Below, piece by piece: positions 32,526-42,059 of a DNA stretch of 64,000 bases. The notes beneath the pieces are model-generated. The model saw nothing but the letters and a program-made list of their open reading frames with translations. It made no database searches and was not told the DNA's origin. This stretch comes from an uncultured delta proteobacterium (GTDB lineage Bacteria; Myxococcota_A; Polyangia; Fen-1088). Positions within the stretch are counted from its first letter, which is position 1; each line of letters opens with the position of its first letter. A program made the position numbers and the translations under genes. The stretch lies in assembly GCA_963755125.1 (NCBI GenBank), contig CAVWIP010000015.1:96001-160000 (forward strand), in the 5' to 3' direction.

Positions 32526-32683
32526 GCGCGTCGGAGTATAGCCAGTTCCGCGCTCTTGGCGCTCCTACGCTGACATCCACCGGGGAGTGCGCTAGCGTTG
32601 CGCATCGCCCTTTTGCGGGCGAGACGGTCAAACACATCGACTTTCGCGACGCCGACCAGGCTTCGCCAGCAGGGAGAGCAATC

Positions 32684-33646
32684 ATGGCTGATTCGGAACA
32701 CGTCAAGGTCGCCATCGTGGGTGGAGGGCCGGCCGGCTGTACCGCCGCGATCTATGCCGGTCGCGCCAATCTGGCGCCCGTGATGATCGAGGGTGGCGGC
32801 CTACTCATCGAGCCCTGCACCATGCCGGGAGGACAGCTCACCATCACCACGGACGTGGAGAACTACCCGGGATTTCCCCGGGGAATCATGGGGCCGAAGC
32901 TGATGGAACTCCTGCGCGCCCAGGTCGAGCGCTTCGGCACCAGCATCCGCACCACCGACGTGACCGCGGTGGATCTCGGTGCGCGGCCCTTTCGCATCAC
33001 CGCCGGCGACGACAGCCTGCTGGCCGACACCCTTATCATTGCCACCGGAGCCTCGGCCAAGTGGCTGGGCCTTGCATCGGAAGACAAGTTTCGCAACTAC
33101 GGCGTTTCCGCCTGCGCAACCTGCGACGGGACGTTGTTCAAGGGCCGCGAGGTGCTGGTGGTGGGCGGCGGAGATACGGCGATGGAAGAGGCGAACTACC
33201 TCACCCATCACGCCAGCAAGGTCACCGTCATCCACCGTCGGGATGGATTCCGCGCCTCGCGCATCATGCTCGATCGCGCGCGCAACAACCCCAAGATCCA
33301 GCTTGTCACCAACGCGGTCATCGACGAGATCCTGGGGCAAGTGCCCAAGCCGGGCGTGACCGGCGTGCGCCTGCGCGACACGCGCAGCGGAGCCACGCGC
33401 GAGATTGAGTGCGGCGGCGTGTTCATGGCCATCGGGCATCAGCCGTCAAGCGAACTGTTCAAGGGCAAGCTGGACATGGACGAGGTCGGCTACATTCTGA
33501 CCAAGCCGGGATCGACCGCCACCAGCGTGCCGGGCGTGTTTGCCTGCGGGGACGTGGCCGATCATGTCTACCGGCAGGCGATCACCGCCGCCGGCACCGG
33601 CTGCATGGCCGCCATCGACGCCGAGCGCTTCCTCGCGCATGGGTAG
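32684..33646 (+). CDS. trxB: Thioredoxin-disulfide reductase
   Basis: GGGPAG, GGQL...[31 protein letters not shown]. Confidence 0.96.
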   Translation: MADSEHVKVAIVGGGPAGCTAAIYAGRANLAPVMIEGGGLLIEPCTMPGGQLTITTDVENYPGFPRGIMGPKLMELLRAQVERFGTSIRTTDVTAVDLGARPFRITAGDDSLLADTLIIATGASAKWLGLASEDKFRNYGVSACATCDGTLFKGREVLVVGGGDTAMEEANYLTHHASKVTVIHRRDGFRASRIMLDRARNNPKIQLVTNAVIDEILGQVPKPGVTGVRLRDTRSGATREIECGGVFMAIGHQPSSELFKGKLDMDEVGYILTKPGSTATSVPGVFACGDVADHVYRQAITAAGTGCMAAIDAERFLAHG

Positions 33647-33709
33647 AGTCTTGCGCTGGCTGAGAGTGGACCAAACGCCCGCAATCCTGAAATAGTAAAG
33701 AGGTACCGC

Positions 33710-34165
33710 ATGATCTTCGATGTCCTCGCCAATGCCGATCGCTACGCTTCGGTCCACCCGTTGTTTGCCGAGTGCTTTGCGTTTCTTAGGAACACCGATC
33801 TGGCGGCGTTGCCCGTGGGTCGCCAGCCGTTGGGGTCGAGCGGCTGCACTGTGATCGTCGGCGCGTCCGCGCCCAAGACCAAGCAGAGCGTGCGTCTGGA
33901 GGGCCACCGTGCCTTCATCGACATCCAGGTCATGGTGGCGGGTGAGGAACTCATCGGCTACGTGCCGCGCGTCCTCTGCACGGAGAAGTCCAACGACCTA
34001 GCCAACGATTTCCAGGAACTGCAGGGAACTCCCGAGTACCTGACCCTGCGCCCGGGGTGCTTCGCCATCTACTTTCCCGAGGACGGCCATCATCCCGGCA
34101 TCGCCACCGGCGCGTACACCGGCCTCATCCGCAAGATCGTAATCAAGGTGCCGGTGGAGCGCTGA
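33710..34165 (+). CDS. YhcH/YjgK/YiaL family protein
   Basis: EGHRAFIDIQ, GEELIG, FPEDGHHP, KIVIKV. Confidence 0.88.
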   Translation: MIFDVLANADRYASVHPLFAECFAFLRNTDLAALPVGRQPLGSSGCTVIVGASAPKTKQSVRLEGHRAFIDIQVMVAGEELIGYVPRVLCTEKSNDLANDFQELQGTPEYLTLRPGCFAIYFPEDGHHPGIATGAYTGLIRKIVIKVPVER

Positions 34166-34171
34166 GGAAGG

Positions 34172-35839
34172 CTAACCTTCCCCTCGGAAGAACGCGTTTC
34201 GCTCGGGATCGTTGTAGGTCGCGTACTCGATGGGCCAGGGGGTGATCTGGCTCTTGCCGTCTTGGTACGACAGGGTGAGCGCCATGGGCGTGACCTGCCG
34301 GTAGCTCGACCGGGGCGGCAAATCGTGGTTGTCCTTGCCGCCCGCCGAGAACAGCGTGATGAGCAGCAGGTTCTCGTCGTCGTAGCTGCGGCGGAAGCCC
34401 TCGACGATCTTCTCATGCCCGCGCACTAGGGTGTGGCAGCCGATGCGCTGTAGGAAGCGCTGGGCCTGCAGACGCCCGAAGGGGAAGCGCGCGCTCTGCT
34501 CTTGCAGGGCGGCCGGGATCACGTCCACCGAGGACGGATCGCTCCACATCATCTCGAAGCGCAGGTCCGGGTCGTTCAGGCTGCCGAGATCCTGATAGCG
34601 GTTCTTGAAGGTGCGGTCGCGCGGGATGCCGCCGTGGACGAACAGGGTTTGATCGAAGAGAAAAGCGGTCGGCAGGTCCTCGAACAGGTTCATGTAGTCG
34701 CGGAACACGTCCTCCGGGGCCCGGCCTTTCAGCGAATCAAAGGCCTCGGAGGGCTTCACGCCGCCGAATATTTTGCCATCGAATTCGACGAAGTACTCGT
34801 GGTTGCCGCGCAGGACCACCACGTGCTCGGGCGCCGTGCAGAAGAGCAGCAGGGCCGTGCGCAGCACGCCGTTGAGGCTGAAGATGCCACGATCGAGATA
34901 GTCGCCCAGCAGGACCAGCTTGGGCTCGGGGTTGCCGGTCGGGTCTTCGCGGAACAGGCGCACCTTGTCGAAGAAGCGCGACTGCATGATGGCCGCCTTC
35001 AGGCAGCTATAGCAGCCGTGCAGATCCCCGAGCACCGTGATCTCGTAGCGGCGGCCGGGCTTGGGCGGGCAGGCCCAGGTGTGGCCGTCGAGCAAGAGTT
35101 CCTGGCCGGCCAGATCGTCGAGCGTGCGCTTGCCGGTCAGCTTGCCGCGGCCCTTGTCGCGCCACTCCCGCAGGATGTGGCGGGTCCGGTTCATGGCCTG
35201 CCGGTCGGCCTCGATCTGCCTGACCAGCAAGCCCGGATCCCGCGCCCAGTCGTGCTCGAACTGATCGAAGAATGGGTGAACCACGGCGCCCGATTCCTTC
35301 ACCGCCGCCGGCTGGATGGTCGCCGCCGCGGGTCCGCCCTCGTCAATCAACTCGACGTGCAGATCCGCCTCCAGCAATTCGGCCAGCTCGGCGCGGAACT
35401 TGATCTCGGCCGGGTGCGCTTCGCCGTCGGCCATCAGCAGCGCGTCGATGGTGTCGAGCAACTGCTCTTGCCCGGCACGGTCGAACTGCTGGAAGATCTC
35501 GAAACAGCGCAGCTTGAGCCGGCTGTGCACGAACTTGTCGCTGTCCTCGTCGTGCGACACGGCTTCGGTGAACAGATCGGCCACCTGCAGATCGATGGCT
35601 TCGAAGACCTCGTGGAAGTGCGCGGTGTACTTGGCCACCAGCTCGCCCTGTGCAGCCGGGGCCAGAGAAGCCGCACCCTTGCTCACCCGGTTCTCGACCA
35701 GCCGCCGGATGTAGGTGCGGACGAACATCTTCTCCGACAGGTCGAAGTCGCCATCGATATGGCCGAAGGTCGTCAGGTAGAAAATGACCGCCTGCATCTG
35801 CCTGTCTGCGACGGTGGGATCAGCATCCAGTTCCAGCAT
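34172..35839 (-). CDS. TerB-like domain fused to a PPP-family Ser/Thr protein phosphatase
   Basis: N-terminal IDG..DLSE and MADGEAHPAE motifs; C-terminal GDLHG, GDYLDRG, RGNHE, HGG, WSDP, RGHE, ITLFSA. Confidence 0.85.
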   Translation of the reverse strand: MLELDADPTVADRQMQAVIFYLTTFGHIDGDFDLSEKMFVRTYIRRLVENRVSKGAASLAPAAQGELVAKYTAHFHEVFEAIDLQVADLFTEAVSHDEDSDKFVHSRLKLRCFEIFQQFDRAGQEQLLDTIDALLMADGEAHPAEIKFRAELAELLEADLHVELIDEGGPAAATIQPAAVKESGAVVHPFFDQFEHDWARDPGLLVRQIEADRQAMNRTRHILREWRDKGRGKLTGKRTLDDLAGQELLLDGHTWACPPKPGRRYEITVLGDLHGCYSCLKAAIMQSRFFDKVRLFREDPTGNPEPKLVLLGDYLDRGIFSLNGVLRTALLLFCTAPEHVVVLRGNHEYFVEFDGKIFGGVKPSEAFDSLKGRAPEDVFRDYMNLFEDLPTAFLFDQTLFVHGGIPRDRTFKNRYQDLGSLNDPDLRFEMMWSDPSSVDVIPAALQEQSARFPFGRLQAQRFLQRIGCHTLVRGHEKIVEGFRRSYDDENLLLITLFSAGGKDNHDLPPRSSYRQVTPMALTLSYQDGKSQITPWPIEYATYNDPERNAFFRGEG

Positions 35840-35919
35840 GGCGGCGTCATTGTAGCGTGGGTTGCATCGCGACGCAGTGATTGTGAACGCCGGCAGGCGT
35901 CTGTGGCATAATCGTCTCG

Positions 35920-36483
35920 ATGAGTGACACGCCTGGGATCGGGCCGGCCGGCGAGCCGGTGAACATGGACGACGTGGCCGCGGCCACGCCGGCGCCGGTA
36001 GGACTGTCGGTGGTCGAGCAGGACCAGATGGCGGCCTTTCTGGCGCGGGTGGCGCTGTTCACCGACCTGCCCCTCATGTACCTGCGCCGCATCGCCGCGC
36101 TCGGCTCGGAGGAGACTTATTCCCGCGGCAGCCTGATCTTCAAGGAGGGCTCGGCGGGCGACAAGCTGTACCTCATCCTGTCGGGCTCGGTGCGCATCAG
36201 CCGTCAGGTGCCGGGCATGGGGGAAGAGGCGCTGGCCATTCTCAAGACCGGCGACTACTTCGGCGAGATGGCGCTCATCGATGATTTTCCGCGCAGCGCG
36301 GACGCCCTGGCCCACGAGGCCTGCCGCCTGTTCGTGCTCAGCAAGGATCGCGTGGCGGACCTGCTGTTCGTCGATCGGGATCTGGCCTACGACCTTTTGT
36401 GGACCTTCGTGCGAACCCTGTCGGCGCGCCTGCGCGAGACCAACGACAAGATGACCTTCCTGGCGGTCAGCAGCCGGTTCTGA
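35920..36483 (+). CDS. Stand-alone cyclic nucleotide-binding domain protein
   Basis: IFKEG...LYLILSG, FGEMALID..PRSA phosphate-binding cassette; ends before any HTH. Confidence 0.9.
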   Translation: MSDTPGIGPAGEPVNMDDVAAATPAPVGLSVVEQDQMAAFLARVALFTDLPLMYLRRIAALGSEETYSRGSLIFKEGSAGDKLYLILSGSVRISRQVPGMGEEALAILKTGDYFGEMALIDDFPRSADALAHEACRLFVLSKDRVADLLFVDRDLAYDLLWTFVRTLSARLRETNDKMTFLAVSSRF

Positions 36484-36494
36484 ATTCCAACCGG

Positions 36495-36743
36495 ATGGAT
36501 CCAGACGCCAAGAAGATGTGGGCCATTGCCGGCAGCACGGGCGCGGTCGGCCTTGAAATCTCCCTGGCTATCGGCATAGGGTACTTCGGGGGACGGTACC
36601 TGGACGGAAGACTCGGGTCGGCGCCCTGGCTGGCATGGATCGGTTTCGCGGCGGGTGTGGGGGCTGGCATCAAGGCGCTGGTTCGCGTGACCCGCGAATA
36701 CAAGAAGTCCCTGGACAACGACAACGAACCCAAGCAACCATGA
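36495..36743 (+). CDS. AtpZ/AtpI family protein
   Basis: GYFGGRYLDGRLGSAPW motif, two TM helices, first gene of the atp cluster. Confidence 0.85.
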   Translation: MDPDAKKMWAIAGSTGAVGLEISLAIGIGYFGGRYLDGRLGSAPWLAWIGFAAGVGAGIKALVRVTREYKKSLDNDNEPKQP

Positions 36744-37129
36744 CCACGAAGCCTCTTGCAGCCATCGAAAAGACCAATCTGGTTCTGGCCGTGGCCGTGA
36801 CCGCGCTGGGCGGGCTGGTCTGGGGCAAGCCGGGCCTTCTGGCCGCCGGCGTGGGCGCGGCCCTGGCGTGCCTGAACCTGTGGGCCATTCACCGGCTGGC
36901 AGCGCGGGCCATGGCACGGGCCGCGGCCGGGGCCAACGCCCAGGCGGCCGGGCTGATGGCCGCCCTGGGCGGGAAGATGCTGATTCTCTTCGCGCTGGTG
37001 TGGGTCGCCATCCGCGTGTACCATCTCGCGCTCGTGCCGTTCGCCATCGGGATCTCGGTTCTTCCCGTCTCGCTCGTCATGGCGGGTCTGTGGATCGGCT
37101 CGACGGCAGGTGAACAAGGCAAGGCCTAG
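36740..37129 (+). CDS. atpI: ATP synthase subunit I
   Basis: Four-TM protein directly upstream of atpB. Confidence 0.75.
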   Translation: MTTKPLAAIEKTNLVLAVAVTALGGLVWGKPGLLAAGVGAALACLNLWAIHRLAARAMARAAAGANAQAAGLMAALGGKMLILFALVWVAIRVYHLALVPFAIGISVLPVSLVMAGLWIGSTAGEQGKA

Positions 37130-37131
37130 CC

Positions 37132-37902
37132 ATGGGTCCGCACTCAACTTGGTTTGCGCTGTTCCCGGGCTACCAGGCCCTGAAAGACAACCTGCAGATC
37201 TATCTCGGCCGTCGCTGGACCTGGCAGGTGTTTACCGCCACCCACTTCGAGATCGACCACATTCTCGGCGGGCTGCTGGTGTTTTTTGTGCTGGCTCTCT
37301 TCGCGGTTCGCTACGCGGTCGGCGTGCGCAAGTCGTCCGACGGCGGGGCGGTGCCGCCGCCTCATTTCTGTCTGCGCAATTTTCTCGAGCTTCTGGGCGA
37401 CATGATCTACGGCCTGATGGAAGGTCCCATGGGGGCCAAGAATGCGCGTCGCTATCTGCCAATCATCGGCTCGCTGTTTCTCTTCATCCTGTTCTGCAAT
37501 TTGCTGTCGCTGATTCCCGGCTTCCTGCCACCGACTGCCACGCTGAAGACCAACGTGGGCCTGGCACTGCTGGTCTTCTTCCTGACCCACGTCTTCGGCT
37601 TGCGTGAGCATGGCGTGAAGTACCTCAAGCACTTCATGGGGCCACTGTGGTGGTTGGCGCCGCTGATGCTGCCCATCGAGCTGGTCAGCCACATCGCCAG
37701 GCCGGTTTCTTTGTCCATGCGTCTTCTGGGGAACATTACGGCCGACCACAAGGTTGCTGCGGTGTTTTTTGCCCTGCTTCCGCTGCTGGTTCCCGTCCCG
37801 TTCCTCGTGATGGGCGTGTTCGTGTCCGTGGTGCAGGCCGTGGTCTTCTCTCTGCTGTCCACGATTTACATCTCGACCGCTATTGCCCACGAGGAGCACT
37901 GA
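37132..37902 (+). CDS. atpB: FoF1 ATP synthase subunit a
   Basis: NLLSLIPG..PPT, PIELVS, SLSMRLLGNI, QAVVFSLLS. Confidence 0.96.
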   Translation: MGPHSTWFALFPGYQALKDNLQIYLGRRWTWQVFTATHFEIDHILGGLLVFFVLALFAVRYAVGVRKSSDGGAVPPPHFCLRNFLELLGDMIYGLMEGPMGAKNARRYLPIIGSLFLFILFCNLLSLIPGFLPPTATLKTNVGLALLVFFLTHVFGLREHGVKYLKHFMGPLWWLAPLMLPIELVSHIARPVSLSMRLLGNITADHKVAAVFFALLPLLVPVPFLVMGVFVSVVQAVVFSLLSTIYISTAIAHEEH

Positions 37903-37941
37903 CCGTATTGTCCTAGCCCAGTTCGCAAGGAGGATCCCCAG

Positions 37942-38265
37942 ATGCGCCGATTCACCAAGATTCTCGCCCCGCTCGCCACCTTCGCCGTCGCGCTGCTGTC
38001 CGGTGCCGCGGCTTTCGCCAGTGATGCCGCGCCCGATATCACCAAGGGTTACCTTGGAATCGGCGCGGCCCTGGCCATCGGCCTGGCGGCCTTGGGCGGC
38101 GGCCTGGGCCAGGGCCGTGCCGCTGCCTCGGCGCTCGATGGCATTGCACGCAACCCGCAGGCCTCGGGCAAGATCTTTGTCCCGATGATCGTCGCGCTCG
38201 CGCTCATCGAGTCGCTGGTCATCTACGGTCTGCTCATCGCCTTCAACCTGGCCGGCAAGATCTAG
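37942..38265 (+). CDS. atpE: FoF1 ATP synthase subunit c with signal-like N-terminal extension
   Basis: GGGLGQG, ARNPQA loop, IESLVIY. Confidence 0.96.
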   Translation: MRRFTKILAPLATFAVALLSGAAAFASDAAPDITKGYLGIGAALAIGLAALGGGLGQGRAAASALDGIARNPQASGKIFVPMIVALALIESLVIYGLLIAFNLAGKI

Positions 38266-38295
38266 CGATCCGCTCCGCGCGGGCAGGGGTGTGGA

Positions 38296-39399
38296 ATGGG
38301 CATTTCCTGCGGAATCGTCGGTTTGCCCAACGTGGGCAAGTCGACTCTTTTCAATGCGCTGTCGGCTGCCGGCGCCGAGGTGGCCAACTACCCTTTCTGT
38401 ACGGTGCAGCCCAACCTGGGCGTGGCGCAGGTGCCTGACCCGCGGCTGGATGCCGTGGTGGCGCTTTTCGTCGGCAAGCCTGCTGTGCATGCCACGGTCA
38501 ATTTCGTGGACATCGCCGGCCTGGTGCGCGGCGCTTCAAAGGGCGAGGGCCTGGGCAACCAGTTTCTCGCCAATATCCGTGAGACCGACGCCATCGCGCA
38601 TGTGGTGCGCTGTTTCGAGGATCCCAATGTCGTGCACGTGGAGGGGCGCATCGACCCTGTGTCCGACGTGCTGACCGTGGACACCGAGTTGTGCCTCAAG
38701 GACGTGGAGAGTGTGGGCAAGCGCATCGACAAGGCCCGCACTGCCCTCAAGGGCCCGGCGCCCAAGGAAGAGAAGGCCACCATGGCTCTGTGCGAGCGCG
38801 TGCTGGCCGGGTTGGACGCGGGCGTGCCCGTGCGTGCGCAGGGACTGTCACCCGAGGATCTGGCGCTCATTCGCGATCTCTTCTTGCTCACTCAGAAGCG
38901 GGTCTTCTACGTAGCCAACGTGGCAGAGAAGCAACTCGCGACCTTGGAAAGCGACGCGCATGTGTCTGCTTTGCGCGCTCATGCCGCCAAGGAAGGCGCG
39001 CCGGTGGTGCCCATCTGTGCCGGGGCCGAGGCCGAGATCGCTGCGCTGGATGCCGCGGACCGGCCGGCGTTCCTGGAAACCCTGGGACTCAAAGAACCGG
39101 GGCTTTCGGCGGTGGCGCGGACCGCCTATCAGATCCTGGACCTCATCACCTTCTTCACCGTGGGCGAGCACGAGTGTCGCGCCTGGACCGTGAAGCGCGG
39201 AACCCACGCGCCGCAAGCCGCGGGCGTGATCCACACCGACTTCGAGCGCGGCTTCATCAAGGCCGAAGTGGTGTGGTGGGAAGATCTGGTCAAGCTCGGC
39301 TCAGAAGCCGCCTGCCGCCAGCACGCCAAGCTGGCCATGGAAGGCAAGGACTACGTCGTGCGCGACGGCGACGTGATCCATTTCAAGTTCAACGTGTGA
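38296..39399 (+). CDS. ychF: Redox-regulated ATPase YchF
   Basis: GLPNVGKST, ANYPFCT, DIAGLV, GEGLGNQFL, C-terminal TGS domain. Confidence 0.97.
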   Translation: MGISCGIVGLPNVGKSTLFNALSAAGAEVANYPFCTVQPNLGVAQVPDPRLDAVVALFVGKPAVHATVNFVDIAGLVRGASKGEGLGNQFLANIRETDAIAHVVRCFEDPNVVHVEGRIDPVSDVLTVDTELCLKDVESVGKRIDKARTALKGPAPKEEKATMALCERVLAGLDAGVPVRAQGLSPEDLALIRDLFLLTQKRVFYVANVAEKQLATLESDAHVSALRAHAAKEGAPVVPICAGAEAEIAALDAADRPAFLETLGLKEPGLSAVARTAYQILDLITFFTVGEHECRAWTVKRGTHAPQAAGVIHTDFERGFIKAEVVWWEDLVKLGSEAACRQHAKLAMEGKDYVVRDGDVIHFKFNV

Positions 39400-39402
39400 A
39401 CG

Positions 39403-40473
39403 CTATCGGTACAGCTCCGCGCTGGCCAGGGAAAACCCGTCGCTGCCACCGTATCCGCCGGCAATCAGAACAGTCCCGTCGGCCAACAGCGTGGCTGTGT
39501 GGTGATGCCTGCCGACTGACATGCTGTCGCTGGCGGCGAATGTCGCTGCTGCTGGGTCGTATAGCTCCGTGCTCGAAAGAGCGATGTTGCCGTCCCCTCC
39601 GCCAGCGATGAGGACGGTTCCGTCGGGCAACAGCGTCGCGGTGTGGCCGTCTCTTGCCACGGTCATGCTGCCCGTTGCCGTGAATGTCTCGGCCGCCGGG
39701 GCGTATTGGTCCGCGCTCGCGAGACCGTGGCTGCCGTCGTATCCGCCAGCGATGAGGACTGTCGCGTCAGACAACAGCGTCGCCGTGTGATCCACCCTGG
39801 CTGCGGACATGCTGCCGGTCGCGATGAATGTTCCGGACGCGGGATCGTATAGCTCGGCGCTGGCCAGGGGTACGCCGTTGCCACCGACAAATCCGCCGGC
39901 CACGAGCACCGTCCCGTTGCCCAAAAGAGTCGCCGTATGTTGCTCCCCTCCCACTGACATGCTGGCGGCACCGGTGAATGTCCCGGTCGCTGGGTCATAC
40001 ACCTCGGTGCTGGTGAGAGCGGCGGTGTGGTTTCCCCCGCCGGCGATGAAGACTGTCCCGTCGGGCAGCAGCGTCGCGGTGTGATCGTCTCTTGCCACGG
40101 TCATGCTGCCCGTCGCTGTGAATGTCCCGGCGCTTGAGTCGAATAGCTCCGCGCTGGCGAGAACCTGTTCGGATCCGCCGCTGACGTAGTCGCCGCCGGC
40201 GATGAGCACCGTGCCGTTGGGTAGCAACGTCGCCGTGTGCCACATCCTCACCACGGACATGCTGCCGGTGGCGCTGAATGAACCGGTCGCTGGATCGTAT
40301 AGTTCCGCGCTTGCGAGCGCCGCGCCGGAATTGGCTCCGCCAGCGATGAGGACGGTTCCGTCGGGCAACAGCGTCGCGGTATGGCCGTCTCTCGCCACGG
40401 TCATGCTGCCCGTCGGCGCGAAACGCGTAGCACTTCCGCCGCATCCGGCTGCGGCAGCGAGGACGACGAACAT
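39403..40473 (-). CDS. Kelch-repeat lipoprotein (7 repeats)
   Basis: AAAGC lipobox; 7 x GSMxxARxxHTATLLxDGTVLIAGG...AELY; start may lie further upstream. Confidence 0.88.
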   Translation of the reverse strand: MFVVLAAAAGCGGSATRFAPTGSMTVARDGHTATLLPDGTVLIAGGANSGAALASAELYDPATGSFSATGSMSVVRMWHTATLLPNGTVLIAGGDYVSGGSEQVLASAELFDSSAGTFTATGSMTVARDDHTATLLPDGTVFIAGGGNHTAALTSTEVYDPATGTFTGAASMSVGGEQHTATLLGNGTVLVAGGFVGGNGVPLASAELYDPASGTFIATGSMSAARVDHTATLLSDATVLIAGGYDGSHGLASADQYAPAAETFTATGSMTVARDGHTATLLPDGTVLIAGGGDGNIALSSTELYDPAAATFAASDSMSVGRHHHTATLLADGTVLIAGGYGGSDGFSLASAELYR

Positions 40474-40692
40474 GGGTAGTACCTCCAGCCTCGCGAGAAT
40501 ACGACAGACGCGGTTCGAGACCGAATCTCGACCCGCAGGTGGCGTGCGAGCCATGGGCGCTTCCTCGACCACGGAGGGCAGTCTACCTGGAAACAGCCGT
40601 CGCAAGAACGTGGCTCGCGGACCACCCGGTCCGGTCGCGACCCCAACCCGGAACTGTTTGCGACGAAGCCCAAGTTAAGCCACCATGGCCAA

Positions 40693-41922
40693 ATGGTAGC
40701 AAAGCTGAGCATCGCACTTTCGAGCCTTTCCTTCGCCCTGCTTGGCGGTTGCAGTAGCGGGAGTCAGGCCGCCAAGTGCATTCCCGGCGTCAGCGTTGGG
40801 TGTTTTGCAGCGACGGGCAGCATGACCTTGGCAAGGTTCCAGCCCAGTGCGACGCTGTTGCCCGACGGGACAGTGCTCATCGCCGGCGGACTCGACAAGA
40901 GCTACGCTTCCATTGGAAACGTGGATCTCTACGACCCGAACGTCGGGACCTTCACGCCCACCGGCAGCATGACCGCGGCGAGGGTTGGTCACTCGGCGAC
41001 ACTGTTGCCCGATGGGACGGTGCTCATCGCCGGCGGATTCGACACCAGTGAAGACTCGCTCGCGAGCGCAGAGCTGTACGCCCCGGTGGCGGGGACATTC
41101 ACGGCGACCGGTAGCCTGAACGTGGCAAGGGCCGGTCACACGGCGACTCTGTTGCAGAACGGGCTGGTGCTCATCGCCGGCGGACTCGACAGTAGCCATG
41201 GGTCAATCGCGAGCGCGGAGCTATACGACCCAGTGGCGGGTACGTTCACGGCCACTGGAAAGATGAGCGTGGCCAGAACTGGCCATACGGCGACCCTGTT
41301 GCAGGGCGGGCTGGTGCTCATCGCTGGCGGACTCGGCAATGTCAGTGCGGAGCTGTACGATCCGGCGGCGGGGACGTTCACCGCCACCGGCGAGACGAGG
41401 GTGGCCAGAACTGGCCACACGGCGGCCTTGTTGTCGAGCGGCCTGGTGCTCTTGGTCGGTGGATTCGGTGGCGGCGAGGTCTCCAGCGCAGTCGATGATG
41501 GTGGGGCGGCCGACGCCGGCGAAGTCGATGGCAGCGTGGCCGGCAACGAGACCGATGGCGCGGCTCCCGCTGTCGGCGGACTGGGTGGCAGCGTGGTGGC
41601 GCTCGCCAGCGCTGAGCTGTATGACCCGAGCATCGGGACATTCGCACCCACGGGCAGCATGAGCGTGGCGAGGGCGGAGCACACGGCGACTTCGCTGTCG
41701 AGCGGCAGTGTGCTGGTCGCCGGCGGACTCGAAGGTGGCGACATATCTATCGGCAGCGCGGAACTTTACGACCCAGCGGCCGGGGCATTCACCACAACCA
41801 GCAACATGACCGCGCGGCGGAATGGGCACACGGCGAGCCTGTTGGGCAATGGGACGGTGCTGATTGCCGGCGGACGGATCGACGGCACCAAGGATCTCGC
41901 GAGCGCGGAACTGTACCAATAG
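40693..41922 (+). CDS. Kelch-repeat lipoprotein (7 repeats)
   Basis: LLGGC lipobox; 7 Kelch repeats with an acidic insertion in repeat 5. Confidence 0.9.
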   Translation: MVAKLSIALSSLSFALLGGCSSGSQAAKCIPGVSVGCFAATGSMTLARFQPSATLLPDGTVLIAGGLDKSYASIGNVDLYDPNVGTFTPTGSMTAARVGHSATLLPDGTVLIAGGFDTSEDSLASAELYAPVAGTFTATGSLNVARAGHTATLLQNGLVLIAGGLDSSHGSIASAELYDPVAGTFTATGKMSVARTGHTATLLQGGLVLIAGGLGNVSAELYDPAAGTFTATGETRVARTGHTAALLSSGLVLLVGGFGGGEVSSAVDDGGAADAGEVDGSVAGNETDGAAPAVGGLGGSVVALASAELYDPSIGTFAPTGSMSVARAEHTATSLSSGSVLVAGGLEGGDISIGSAELYDPAAGAFTTTSNMTARRNGHTASLLGNGTVLIAGGRIDGTKDLASAELYQ

Positions 41923-42059
41923 GGTGATAGCGTACCTGTCTTGAGCCTTGGTCTTTCGTCGGCCGTCAGTCCGGATCTCGCCACGACGAAGGCGGAGGCT
42001 GCGGTGAAATTCGATACCCGCTTGAGGTCAGGCCAGCTTTCGGGTGTAATCGTCCGCCG

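Noticed and set aside
36495..38265. Fo genes without atpF and F1 genes as an anomaly
   Set aside because: A split atp operon is normal in deltaproteobacterial and myxobacterial genomes.
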